The notes under the pieces: model-generated | The model's input: the letters and a program-made list of their open reading frames with translations, nothing else | What the model was told of the DNA's origin: nothing | The model's database searches: none | Made by a program: the position numbers and the translations under genes | Assembly (NCBI RefSeq): GCF_006345805.1 | Contig: NC_043003.1 | Span: forward strand, 47,244,001 to 47,308,000 | Direction of reading: 5' to 3' | From: Octopus sinensis | Lineage: Eukaryota | DNA: 64,000 nt | Shown here: positions 1 through 12,000 of the stretch, piece after piece | Position numbering within the stretch: the first letter of the stretch is position 1 | Layout: each line of letters opens with the position of its first letter

Positions 1-1331
1 GGTGACCAGTTTCTTTAAAAGTAGGAAATTACTAAGCACCACTTTTAAAATTTTTCCACTCAGAGAATCCACACTGTTTCGAAGGGATCCGGCATTCTGA
101 TGTTATACATGCAGATGAAAAACAAGACAACATAATACACTGTTTTATGTACACGGAAATACATTCAGAGGTCGCGGTTTGAAAGCAAAATGCACTTATA
201 CACTGTCCTCCTTTGCCATCAAATGAACCTTCTTTATGTTGAAATTCATGTGCTCCAACTTTAATAATCACCGTGCGATAAGTATGTGCTATAACTGCTG
301 AACCTGATTGTACTGAATTTTATGAAGCTAATATCGCATAAGATATTTCTTATGTTATCCCATTTTAACTAAGCAACACTATCAATTTCTTTCTATCTAG
401 TGAAGTGGAATCCTCTTAGTGGCAAATAAATTATTCTAATTGTAGCCTTCAACATGGCAGGGAACCGTTTCTTCATTTAAAATTTTTTTTGCTTTTATAT
501 TCTTCAAATAAAATAGCACGTTTACATTCATGCATTTTGATATCTTTACTGTTATCAAAAAAAAAAAAAACTTGCTAGCTAACAGGTGACATCATTTTTA
601 GTGAGGAGAGCTCTCATCGATTTGGTTGATTCGAATATCGAAATTTCACTGCAAACTGTGGATGTAATTTGCGTCCCTGTACCCCTCTTTCTTGAAATAG
701 TGAGCTAAAATAATAATAAATATTGAGTACACGTTTAGTTACAATGTAAACGAAAACGATCAGTTTATTTCGTGTCAAACGGAATTTCAGTGTCTGCGTC
801 TAGTTCAACAGGCCATGATATCGAAACAGATCACATCGCTTATTTTAGAAAGATGTCTGAAAAAACAAAAGCGAAGGTTTTTAAGTTTCTCCGAGCTGTC
901 ATATGCAAGAGTAATTTTTTTTTATATGTATAGTTCAAAAACATTCCGACAAGTCTTTACACCCAGCATAAAAACGCAGGTAAACAGTTATAATTGTCAC
1001 ATGTTTGTTCTTGTGCTATACAAGTGGTCGTTATTTCAGCTTATTTGCTAAATTACATAATACATGAATATTTTTTATCTTTTGACCAAATCTATGTCAC
1101 AAGCTTAATTTTACTTTTGTCACAATTGAGATGATATAAAAGTTTTTAAAAATAGCTGTCGGCCATATTTGACATCGGGTATAATGACATCACAATTACG
1201 TGTATCACACGGCGTTGTTTTTGGTATTACTTTCGAGGAATGTGTACTTGTGTACTTCTTAATTAATAAGTAGATCTTCTCAACAACCATTTTATATTTT
1301 GTATATTTGCTCACTTACGATGCGATACATA

Positions 1332-2584
1332 CAGGGGTTGGACAAGTTAATGGAAACACCAAGCATCATAATTTTGAAATGTCTATAAAACCGTCAAAAG
1401 CTTGTTTATTTTTATGTTATTTGATTTATTATTAGTGTTGCTTAATATGTTTTGCTAAAATTGCAGTTTCTTTTCAGATATCATCAGACAAAGCTAATTA
1501 AAATTCATTAAAATGACAGATCTATCGGACTTTCAAAGAATTCAAATTGTTGGTGCTCATATGGCAAGCGCTAGCGTAACGAAAACAGCCAAAATGTTTG
1601 GTGTATCAAGAAGTACTGTCTCGAAAGTAATGACAGCCTTTGAGAAAGAGGGAAAAACCTCCTCGTCGAAACAAAACCAAAACTTTCAGATAGGGACCGT
1701 CAGACTCTTATGCAAATTGTTAGAAAGGATCACAAAATTGCAGCGCCCAAAATTACTGCAGAGCTTAATGACCACCTTGAGAACCTAGTTTCCACAAAAA
1801 CTGTTCGCTGGGAGCTGCACAAAGCCCGATTTTACGAGAGGGCTGCAATCAGAAAACCACTACTTTCAAAAACAAACGTTGCAAAACATTTAGAGTGGAG
1901 TAAAAACCTTCAGAATTGGTCCCTAGAGCAGTTGAAGAATGTTATTTTCTCGGACGAGTCATCCTTTACCATATTTCCTACCACCGGCCGAGTATACGTG
2001 TGGAGACAGCCAAAAGAAGCATTTGACCCAGACTGCCTTCTTCCAACTGTTAAACATGGAGGAAAGGAGAATCTGTGACAATCTAGGGGGTTATATCTTG
2101 GAAATCCGCCGGCTAAATGGTTTCCCTTCATGGCAGAATTAATAGTCAAGACTATTTACGCATTTTATCTGATCAAATTCATCCTATGCTTGCGGAACTG
2201 TTTCCGAAAGGAAACGCAGTCTTTCAGGATGATAATGCACCAAATCACACAGCTAAAGTTGTTACTGAAAGGCACGACGAACATTCTAGTGAAGTTGAAC
2301 ATCTTATATGGCCAAAGCAGTCTCCAGATCTCAATATTATTGAACATTTATGGTGCATTTTAGAAAAACAAGAAAGGAGTCGATATCTTCCACCATCATC
2401 ACTACAAGAACCGGAGACTGTTTTAGCAGAAGAATGGGCAAAAATCCCTTTGGAAACAATTCAAACTTTGTTCAAGTCCATACCTCGTAGAATTCAAGCT
2501 GTAATTACTGCCTAAGACGGTCCTGCTCCATATTAAAATAAATTTGAAATTTTAAGGTGTTTCCATTATTTTGTCCAACACCTG
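1332..2584 (+). mobile_element. Full-length decayed Tc1-family DNA transposon (DD36E spacing, Incomer-like)
   Basis: 29-bp TIRs CAGGGGTTGGACAAGTTAATGGAAACACC (1332-1360) and GGTGTTTCCATTATTTTGTCCAACACCTG (2556-2584; 3 mismatches); TA on both flanks; internal transposase remnants. Confidence 0.95.
1513..2515 (+). pseudogene. Tc1-like transposase, frameshifted
   Basis: ORF pieces 1513-1788, 1710-2078 and 2117-2515 give a paired-like HTH, VIFSDESSF, PTVKHGG, FQDDNAPNH and WPKQSPDLNIIE. Broken by frameshifts near 1675 and 2065 and a stop near 2114. Confidence 0.93.
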
Positions 2585-2610
2585 TATATAAGGGTTTATG
2601 TGTGTACTTA

Positions 2611-2850
2611 GTGGAGGCACATGGCTTAGTGGTTAGGTTGTTGGACTTATGATCGTAAGATTGTGGTTTCGATTCCTGGACCAGGCGATGCGCTGTGTTC
2701 TTGAGCAAAACACTTTCTTTCACGTTGCTCTAGTCCACTCAGCTGTCAAAATGAGTAATCCTGCAACGGTTCGGCGTCCCATTCAGATGGAGAATATACA
2801 CGCCACTGAAACCGGCCCTTATGAGCTTGGCATGGCTCGAGAAGGAAACA
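2611..2850 (+). mobile_element. tRNA-derived SINE (GTGGAGGCAC head family)
   Basis: A-box-like TGGCTTAGTGG and B-box-like GGTTTCGATTCC; head and 3' end (GCCCTTATGAG...GCATGGCTCGAGAAGGAA) shared with the copy at 18259. Confidence 0.8.
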
Positions 2851-3016
2851 TTTTTTTATATATGTGTGCGTGCGTGTGTATACACACTAATGCATTACCA
2901 TCAGTCTACATTAAATAGGCCGAAATTATGACCGACTGCGTGCACTCAACACAACATTGTGTCGTATTTACACAACATAGGAGAGTTGCACTATATCCTA
3001 ATGAGGGGGATATAAT

Positions 3017-3228
3017 TGTTGGTTTCAAATCTTTGCCCAACAATTCCAGGTGGGGTTTAAGTCGATTACATCGACCCCATTGTTCAACAGGTATTTATTT
3101 TATCGACCCTGAAAGGATGAAAGGCAAAGCCATACTCGGTAAAATTGGAATTCAGAACGTAATGACGAACGAAATGCTGCTAAGCATTTTGTCTGACATG
3201 TTAACGATTTTGCTAGCTCGCCACCTTT
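3017..3228 (-). mobile_element. SINE (GGCGAGCTGGCAGAA family), reverse
   Basis: Reverse complement of the abundant family with core TTTGCCTTTCATCCTTTCGGGGTCGATAAAATAAGTACCAG. Confidence 0.75.
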
Positions 3229-4570
3229 AATGGGGACATAATTATTAATTAACATGTACTATAGGTCCCACAGAAATAATGTTGTATCCCCACTTCACAT
3301 CTACACCATGCAACTGCCTCAGGGACTCTCGAAGCGAATGATATGGACTTCGCCAACGAAGTCGCAAAACGAAAATTTGATGTCACAAGGAGACGATCCA
3401 TTCATGGCGGTTGAGAATGGACATTTAAAATCTCTATAAGATCTCCAAACAATTGGCAAAGAAAATAAGCAACCGGCCAACAGAAATGCGAACACAATCT
3501 CATACACCAGTAACCTTTCGACACAGCAAATATGAACAACTATTTGATAAATAATACCATTACGAAAAGAACTTTCTTTTCCCTTTCCTGTTACTCTCTA
3601 AGACCGCTGCGTTTGGTGTTCATCTTGTAAACAATTGCTTCAGGCCTTCTGATATTGCTGAAGGGAAGTGTAAAGGTTCACATTACAACTTTGCCGTCAG
3701 AATGCAGAGAGCTGAAGATTAATTCAAACTGCAGTGAGTTGGAACAAATACTGTAAAGTATTCTATCTGACACACGAATATGTTGAATACTCAATTATTT
3801 ATAGGTTGATTTTACGAGTCGACACCAAAGAAGAATAATCCACTAATTAAATATAATAATTAAAAATTGATGACATTGTTTAACGTTGTAGTTATCGTTC
3901 TTAGTTTCAGGTCTTCCCTTACTGTGCATCGCTATTTTTATTTCATATAGTTATTTATCATTGGTTACAAGCGTCGAACGGGCCAGTTACTAGCTAGCTT
4001 CCTTGCGGCTGTCGCTCAGAGTTTATCAATCAAGGAAGAACACCTGTTTTCGAATCTTTTCAAATTTCTTCCAACCGAAAATTCATGTGATCTTGGTCAT
4101 CTGTGTAAATAATTTAAAATATTTAGGTAGCTATTTCAGAAAATTTTGTTTTCTCGAATTCATTTAAACACTGACATACCGCAATTTGTCAATGAAATTA
4201 CAATTGTCAGTTTGTAGGCATTTGAGACGTTCGGGGAAGCTCACATAGTTAGCGTCCGCGTCTTACCGAAATATCGATTATTCTCTAGTGGATGTCTGAC
4301 TGTTACTGCGATTTGACCTTGCGATCACTCGCAGTAAAACTGTTTTGGCAAGCATCAAACATTTTTTTAGAGAGGAACAACAATATCCCGGAATTCTATG
4401 AATGAATGTGCATGCCTTTTTATTTAAATTATCTATTTACTTCTTTGCTTTTTAAACCAGTTTTGCTTACTTTTGTAAACTGGGGGGTTTTTTTTTCGAT
4501 AAATAAAAATTTCATATATCTACTTCGACGAATTTTGGTTTTGTGTACATTTTGTATTTTCCCGCTAGCG

Positions 4571-4878
4571 CTGTGATTAAGAAGCTTGCTTCCCAATCGT
4601 GTGATCTTGGGTTCAGCGGCACCTTGGACAAGTGTCTTCTAAAATAGCCCCGAGTCAACCTCACGAGTAAATCTGGCAGAGGGAAATAGCGTGCGTGTTT
4701 ACCCCACCGTTGCCTGACAACCGGTGTTGGTTTGTTTACGTCCCCGACAAAATACGCCGATAGAATAAGTATCAATTTTTTAAATAAAAATAAGTACTGG
4801 AGTCGGACAGAACCCTTTAAGGTGGTGCCCTAGCATGGCCACATCTAATGACTGAAACAAGTAAAACTATAAAAGAAA
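4571..4878 (+). mobile_element. SINE (GTGTGGTAAGAAGCTTGC...GACTGAAACAAGTAAAAG family), degenerate
   Basis: Shares head and tail with the copies at 28066 and 57397. Confidence 0.7.
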
Positions 4879-5961
4879 ATACCTGCAGATACCTGCACCT
4901 AAAACCAAAGATCGCTACTTCGCCGAATAGTATACACACACCCATATGTGGATTTGGTACTCAAAAATTTCAGTCAAGAAAAGAGCAAGTGGCAGAAACA
5001 GAAAAATAACAGTTAACGTTTACCAAACCGAGGCTGTGAGAAATTACCTCCAGCGAGCTCTGTTCTGGGATTGAACTAAGAACCACGTGGACCCGAAGTG
5101 AACTTCTTAAGCACGTTATAGAATACATTCTCATAAACCAAGCGGAGTGAAGTGCAACTCAAAATATGTAAAAAATTTCCTTTTTTTCGAAGAAGGAAAT
5201 TCAACAAATATTCTTAATTTATTCCATTTAAAGTTTGTAATTAAGTTTATATCTTCATCTTTTCATAAATAAAATAAAAATTCAGAGAATCTAAAATACA
5301 ATTTCATATAGCAATTAAATTGAATACAATTTAAATTATATTTCAGTATTAATCTAGTACTGAATGAGAAGTTTTAAAACTTAAACAAGTTCTCATCAGA
5401 ATTTCAAAAGGAAGTGCAAACTTAGGAAATTCTTTTTCGTTGCAATTTCACACACCACAAGATCACGCTTCTTAAAAATCAATATTTGTAGTTCTTATCT
5501 TATCGATCCTAGCAGGATTCGAACTCAAACTAGACATAAAATAAACGTCCGACAAATGAATATTATATTATTCAATCCATTGCAACCTCAAATCACTGTC
5601 TAACGTCTTAAAAAGAGAAGGGCTCATTTAGTATATCTGGATATATAGACTGGAAATAAGATGGGGTAGCAATAGCACAACTTTTAAACATAGGTCTGCG
5701 GGATAACAATAACAATAGAATATGTAATAAAGATTCATATGACTATTCTAAGAAAGAAAAAAAGGAAGTAATTTATGCTAATATGATAAATTTCTACTAG
5801 CATTGTAGAAAATGATAGGTTATATATTAAGAAGCAAAATAGAAGGGAAATAAGAAGCGGGACTTCAGAAAGCAAAACTTCTTAACTTAGGAACACATGG
5901 TCACGAAACACCGGTTGAGAGCCTCGATCTTATATAATTTTTCATCATTTCCACAGGCAAG

Positions 5962-6066
5962 ATGGCTGCACGGGTTTGTGAAACTCCGGGCTGCAACAAC
6001 GATGCCAGACTACAGTGTCCCACTTGTATTAAGCTAGACATTATAGGCTCATACTTTTGCACTCAG
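5962..6066 (+). CDS. METAP1: METAP1 coding exon 1 ([35 protein letters not shown])
   Basis: ATG in AAGATGG context; donor CAG|GTTGAG; zinc-finger cysteines. Confidence 0.95.
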
Positions 6067-9000
6067 GTTGAGTTTGTGTTTTTTTTTATTACATCTCTTT
6101 TAAACCGGTTTTTGCCTCGTAATGTGAATCGCTTTTGTTTTGCATGTGTTTGCGGACATAAAGATAGATATACATGTATGTGTATGTATTTATGAGTTTT
6201 ACATGTGCATGGTTGTTTTGCGTTGCTGTAATAATAAGAAAACGCGGTGCTTAAATTCTTTAAAAAAATCATAATGCCTCACACGGCTCCGATCTTCGTG
6301 GCGAATGTCATGTTAACATAGATTGCCTATTTCATTCTCTCTGTTCTGTTGTTAAGTGTTGGTGGGTACTGTAGAGAAGACCAACCTTTCACTGACCCGG
6401 TGAACGCTATCCGGCATAAAATCCGCCGTTGTTATTATCCCACTTTACTCGATCAACCCCAGTTAATTTCCTGGAGAACGACACACCGCATCTAATCTCA
6501 CTCAAACAAATCTGAGTCCTGTACCTATACAAGGAACTATTGTATATATTACTGACTGGCTAAGACACCTAAATATTAATATATTCATAAGTTTATTACT
6601 TTTTAGAGGAAGAAAACGGAAGCGTGTTATGTTAGTAGTTGCATATATTAAATGATTTAAATCGAAACCAAGTGGCGACTACAGTTCAATTGAACTTTAA
6701 AAAAAATTTTCTTTTTGGTACTCGTACATTTTATTTTGTTCGGGGTAACTCTCAATCTCTCTTACATGCATGTACAATTACTTGAAGAGGAAAAGAACAA
6801 GAAAATTTCTTGCTCCTTAGGTGATTGAAAAGTATGTTTACCCTAACTAAATTATCAATAGCTGAAATATTTCCTAAGAAATTATTTTTCTTTTACATGA
6901 ATTTGAACGTCAAACTTGAATTTACAAAATTTAATGCTTTACCTATTCTGTGTCACCTGCAAACACTATAATTAACGTTCAATTCCACGATAATAGCTTC
7001 CATGTGTGTGAGAGTACTAGCATTAACTACTGGATTCTAACGAAACTAAATAAGTTTTGCACTTGAATCTGTCGTCTGCTTTGACATTCCAATGTTTCTG
7101 ATGTAAATCTGTTGTCATTTCTCTTTTCTTCTCCTTCCCCTCTCATAGCAATAACTCCCTACGAGCGGTAACTCAGGCCGCAACGACCCATCTAACCCAT
7201 GCCAGTGTGTAAATCAAACGTAAAACTGATGTATGTTTATGCAAAGATACGCATTTAAGTTGCTGCTTAGTCATTTATTCTTGTTCATTGTTTCATGACT
7301 TTCAAATAAATTAATAGTTCTCTCTCTCTTACCTTTTTCACAAACACCCACTACGTATTGTGTAATACATGTGACTCGAGAATTGCGGAGTTAGGTTCAA
7401 ACCTTGTTTGTCGGTGCTTACTTGCTTTTTGTCTTATAAATAGGGTTAAGGTTGTTGTTTAACCCTAGGGTAGCCTTGATCAAGAGACCTATAATGAAAG
7501 ATATTCCAGCCGTAACCGTCCCATCTCTTACATACAAACTCACGATCACATCCAACGTCTTTTTTTTTTCAAGGCGATAGTGTATAATTTAAGGGAAGTA
7601 TGACTTATTTTTAGCAATCACACAGACTCCCTCATTGGCTTGATAAGGTTTTGGTGAGGTAAAAGACGTGCCATTGGTTCTGTCTTATAGTTAAAGCATC
7701 TACATACTTGTATATTGTCTCCTTGCCTCGTTTTTTACTACTGTAATTCAAACCGAAATATTTGCATGCTGTCGTTGCTACTAAATTCTTCATCTGCTAG
7801 AAGAAAAAAAAGTGTTTAACCCTTTCGTTACTACATTTCAGTTGAAATACACTTCTTTTATATCAATTCATTTTGAAAATAATGAAGAATTTAGTAAAAT
7901 GACTTTCATTGTTAAGCTGGCATTTGGAACATAAATTAAGTGAATTTTGATGAAAAGTTTTAATTCAGATGACATCAAAACAGTAATTTTATATCATAGA
8001 ATTAAGCACAGTCCCATGCAGATTGGTATCAAAAGGGTTGAGTCACAAAACGGTCTTTCACTATTTCATTTCATCTCCTCTCTAATTTAAGTACTGCTGG
8101 AGTCAGCTTTGGTTTCATTCGTCTGGTGTTTAGTCAAGTATTGGTTACTACTATTTGCCCACCCATTATGTATTTTGAACTTACCATTTTGTTTCTCCCC
8201 CATGATGTTCTTAGGCTGGCCTGCTGTACAGAATATTGAAACTGGTCAAGGACAGCATCCTGGAATCTGACATAATCCTTTCAGACATGGGTATATGATA
8301 ACCATAAGGGGTGGGATGTATTATGTTGATTTGTACATAACTGGTACTTTACTTTATTGGCAGGTTAAAAAAGAAAAAGCTGAGTTTTGAACTCAGAACA
8401 TAATTAAATACAATTGTGTGTTTTATGTAGTGATTCATTGACTGTTAAGTATAATAATAATGTATGTAATAGTTACAGAGAGTGGTATAGTCAATTAAAT
8501 CAACTTAGTATGTGACTGGTGCTTTATTTTATCAAACTCCAGAAAGATGAAAGGCAAAGTTGACCTTTGCATAATTTGAATGCGGAATCTAAACAACAGG
8601 AACAAATACCGTTAGGGATGTTATCTGATGCATTAATGATCCTGCTAATCTACTGCCCTAAGAATTGTATTATAGTCTGGCCTCAAGCCTACAAGATCAT
8701 ATGTCCAGAGTGTATTTAGTTCTGAAGACATTTCAGCTGAACTTGCGACCCTCACTCCTTGAATGGGACACCTGTTCATCATACTGTTTTTAGTTGAGTG
8801 TACTAAAGTAATGTGAAATGACGTGCCTTGCTCAAGGACACAATGCACTGCTCAGTTCAAAAATTGTCTGTTCAAAACTCTAACCACTATACCATGCATC
8901 ATCACATAATTATTTCTAATGTAGGGCACAACACCAGCAGTTTATGAAGTAGGGTTAATTGAGTAAATCAATATACTTGAACAAAGGCAGTGTAGTAATT

Positions 9001-12000
9001 TCTTAATTATGGTTATTATTCCTGTCACAATATTTTGGCCATTCTTAAGAAGCTTGTTGTGTTTTGTAATATTAGCATTTCTAATTAAATCCACAAGAGT
9101 TAGGGTGTCCTCACTATATAGTTCATTCTAAGGATGTTCTTCAATTAGTTATTCTCTTGTCATGTTGCTTTCACATTCATCATCATCATTTTATGTCTGC
9201 TTCTCATGCTGGCAGAGATTGGAGGACTGTGTCTTGTTCTAGCATCTTGGTTTTAGAATGCTTTTCATGGCTGCATGCCCTTCCTAACAACCACTTTACT
9301 GAATGTACATGTGCACTTTTTCTCCTGGCACTAGCACTAGATAGGGTACCTTGCTCTTAGCAAAATTAAAGAATCTTGTCAGCTCTGTGTTGTCTCTTGT
9401 CAACCACTTTATAGAGTTTACTGAGTGTTCTGACCCTAACTCTTGGAACCAGCACTAATGTGGTAGCTTTATAACCTGCAAGACCCCCACCCCCACCCCA
9501 TGGCTGACAAGGAAAATAGGAAAGTGAGTGGTGACTTTAGACTAGCTATTGGGAGGTTAAAGAGAGGAATAGGTTTATGGTTATGAAATGGTGTTAGTGG
9601 AGAGACTAATAGACAGTGCAACGGGTGGGGCAAAGAGAGTTATAATTATCAAGAGGACAGTAGGAAGGGTTGTGTAGGAGGAGATTAACAACCAGAGCAT
9701 ATATATATATATTGGTTTCAAATTTTGGCACGAGGCCAGCAATTATAGGGGCAGAGATAAGTTGATTACATTGACCCTAGTGTTCAACTGGTACTTATTT
9801 TATCGACCCCAAAAAGATAAAAGGGGAAGTCAACCTCAGCGGAATTTGAACTCAGAGCTTAAAGACGGACCAATTACCACTAAGTATTTTGCCCAGTGTG
9901 CTAATGATTCTGCTATCTTGCCGCCTTAGAGTGTATGTGTGTGTGTGTGTGTATGACTGACCCAAAGATTGAATTCCCACTCATTAACTAAACTATCACA
10001 TAACACATGCTTATATTAACTATTGCATTATCTTATAGACAGTTTAATTCCAAAATGTCAAGAATGTTAATAACTATGACAAGCACCTAAAGAAAACTGT
10101 GGAGGGTACAACAGCTGAAATGTGACTGTAATAACTAAGATGAGGAAACTAATCCAAATGTATCGGTGTATAATGATAACTCTTCCTCCCAGAAATTATC
10201 TCTCCTCTTCTCTCTTTTTCCATTTGGGCTAGCCATGTATTTCCTCTACTGCAAAACTCTTGTTTCTGTCCCTCCCGTTGTCCAGCACAAGGTCATCTCC
10301 TTCAGTACTATTCCTTCCTCAGCTGAAAAGTTTTATCTTGCAAGTTACTTGGTGACCTTGCTTTTTCTAGTGCTATGTAAAAAGCATTTCCATACACTTT
10401 GCGATGTAGTTAGCATCAAGAAAAGTATCCAGCCAGAGAAACCACGCCAAAGCAAACAGTAGAACCTGGTGCAGTCTTCTGGCTTGCCAGTTCCTGTCAA
10501 ATCATCCCACTCATGCCAGCATGGAAAGCAATCATTAGATAATGATTGTGTGTGTGTGTATATATATATATATATACATATAAATTTTTTTTTCAGAATG
10601 AGATTAAAAACCAAGGTAGTGAAGATTTTAGAGCATTTATAAATAGATCTTACAGCTGTTTCCGGGATATTTCTTATATCACTTTGTCGGAGACGGTGTG
10701 AGAAAATGGTTAAGCAATAGTTAATTTAAATAAGATATGAAATAGAGAGTGAAGTGGAGGAATGAAAATAGATGTGAGATATGCAGAGATATTGCATTTG
10801 TAGATCCATTATTTAGGCAGAATGGTATACGTATAAGATTCCAATACCTTGAGAGTAAGCTTCAATAGTATTTAAAATTGGTCATTCAGTAGCACTCTGT
10901 ACAAACTCTATACTTGGAATGACCAATTTTAAATACTATTGGAATTTACTCATAAGGTAAATTCCAATAGTATTGCTGGTCAGCCCACTAGAAACATATA
11001 ACCTTAGGCACTGTCATTCAGAAGCATGATGTAAAATAAAGGTTAAATATGAAAACAGTAGCTAAATTAGTATTTGCCAGAGCTCATGGTGTTGAGTATA
11101 TACTTAAAGTTAATAATGCTGTAAGGTAGGATGCCAATCTCTTGCAGCTAACCTCATATCATCTTGGACTTAGCTATTCCTATCAGCTAGTTGAAATGAG
11201 ACATGTAGAATTGAGTGTAGAACCAAAATACATGATAAAACACCTGTTATGAGGTTTGAACTAAAGGCTTATGAGCCAGCTGTACCAATACCTTACCTGT
11301 TATGCCACTAATGCCTGGACACATGTTGATAACATATTGAATATGATTCATTACTGCCATTTAGTTTAGAGACTAAAGGTTCTTAATACTAGTCTGGTAC
11401 TATGTACATACCCAGTAATAAGACACCTGGTGACGATCAGAGATCATAACAATTGAAACAATGTAAATATAAATATTTAATGTTTTATTTCCAAAGAGGC
11501 TATTAATAGTCTAAAATTTTATTATTGTTTTATTATCTCAGACAATTCATTTGAAATATTTTGCTTTGGAAAAAAAAAGCATTTTTTATTTTTATTCATT
11601 TATTTATTTGGCTTTTTTTTTTTTTTTGAAGGGTTAATTTATGTGTTGTGTCAGTGTGACATGAGTACAATAGAGGTTTATTAGTTGTGTGTCTCATACA
11701 AAGTAAAGTTGTCAGAGATGCCAACCTCATAAAAATCTAAGTAAATTTGTGTTAATATACTTAAAGTATATGGTATTAAAATGCTAACTAGAAAAATCAG
11801 TATTAGACAATGTCTGATATTTATTTTAACAAGTATTGAGACAGCTTTGGCTGCGTTTCAATATTATTCTGGCCTCATGAACAGTATATAACCTTTCCTT
11901 TACTTGCTGAAATAATGACGAATGAATCATTAAGTAAATATATGAGATTTTTTTTTTAATGAGAAATAACCCTTTCGTTACCAACCCAGCTGAAACCGGC

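Noticed and set aside
32-271. 79-aa minus-strand ORF at the window edge
   Set aside because: GTG start, no recognisable domain or splice context; adjacent frames closed.
3254-3507. CpG-rich short ORFs on both strands
   Set aside because: No recognisable protein or element; may be promoter-proximal or decayed TE sequence.
5360-5405. CTGATGA plus hairpin on the minus strand upstream of METAP1
   Set aside because: GAAA box absent (TAAA) and no convincing stems I/III, so not called a hammerhead.
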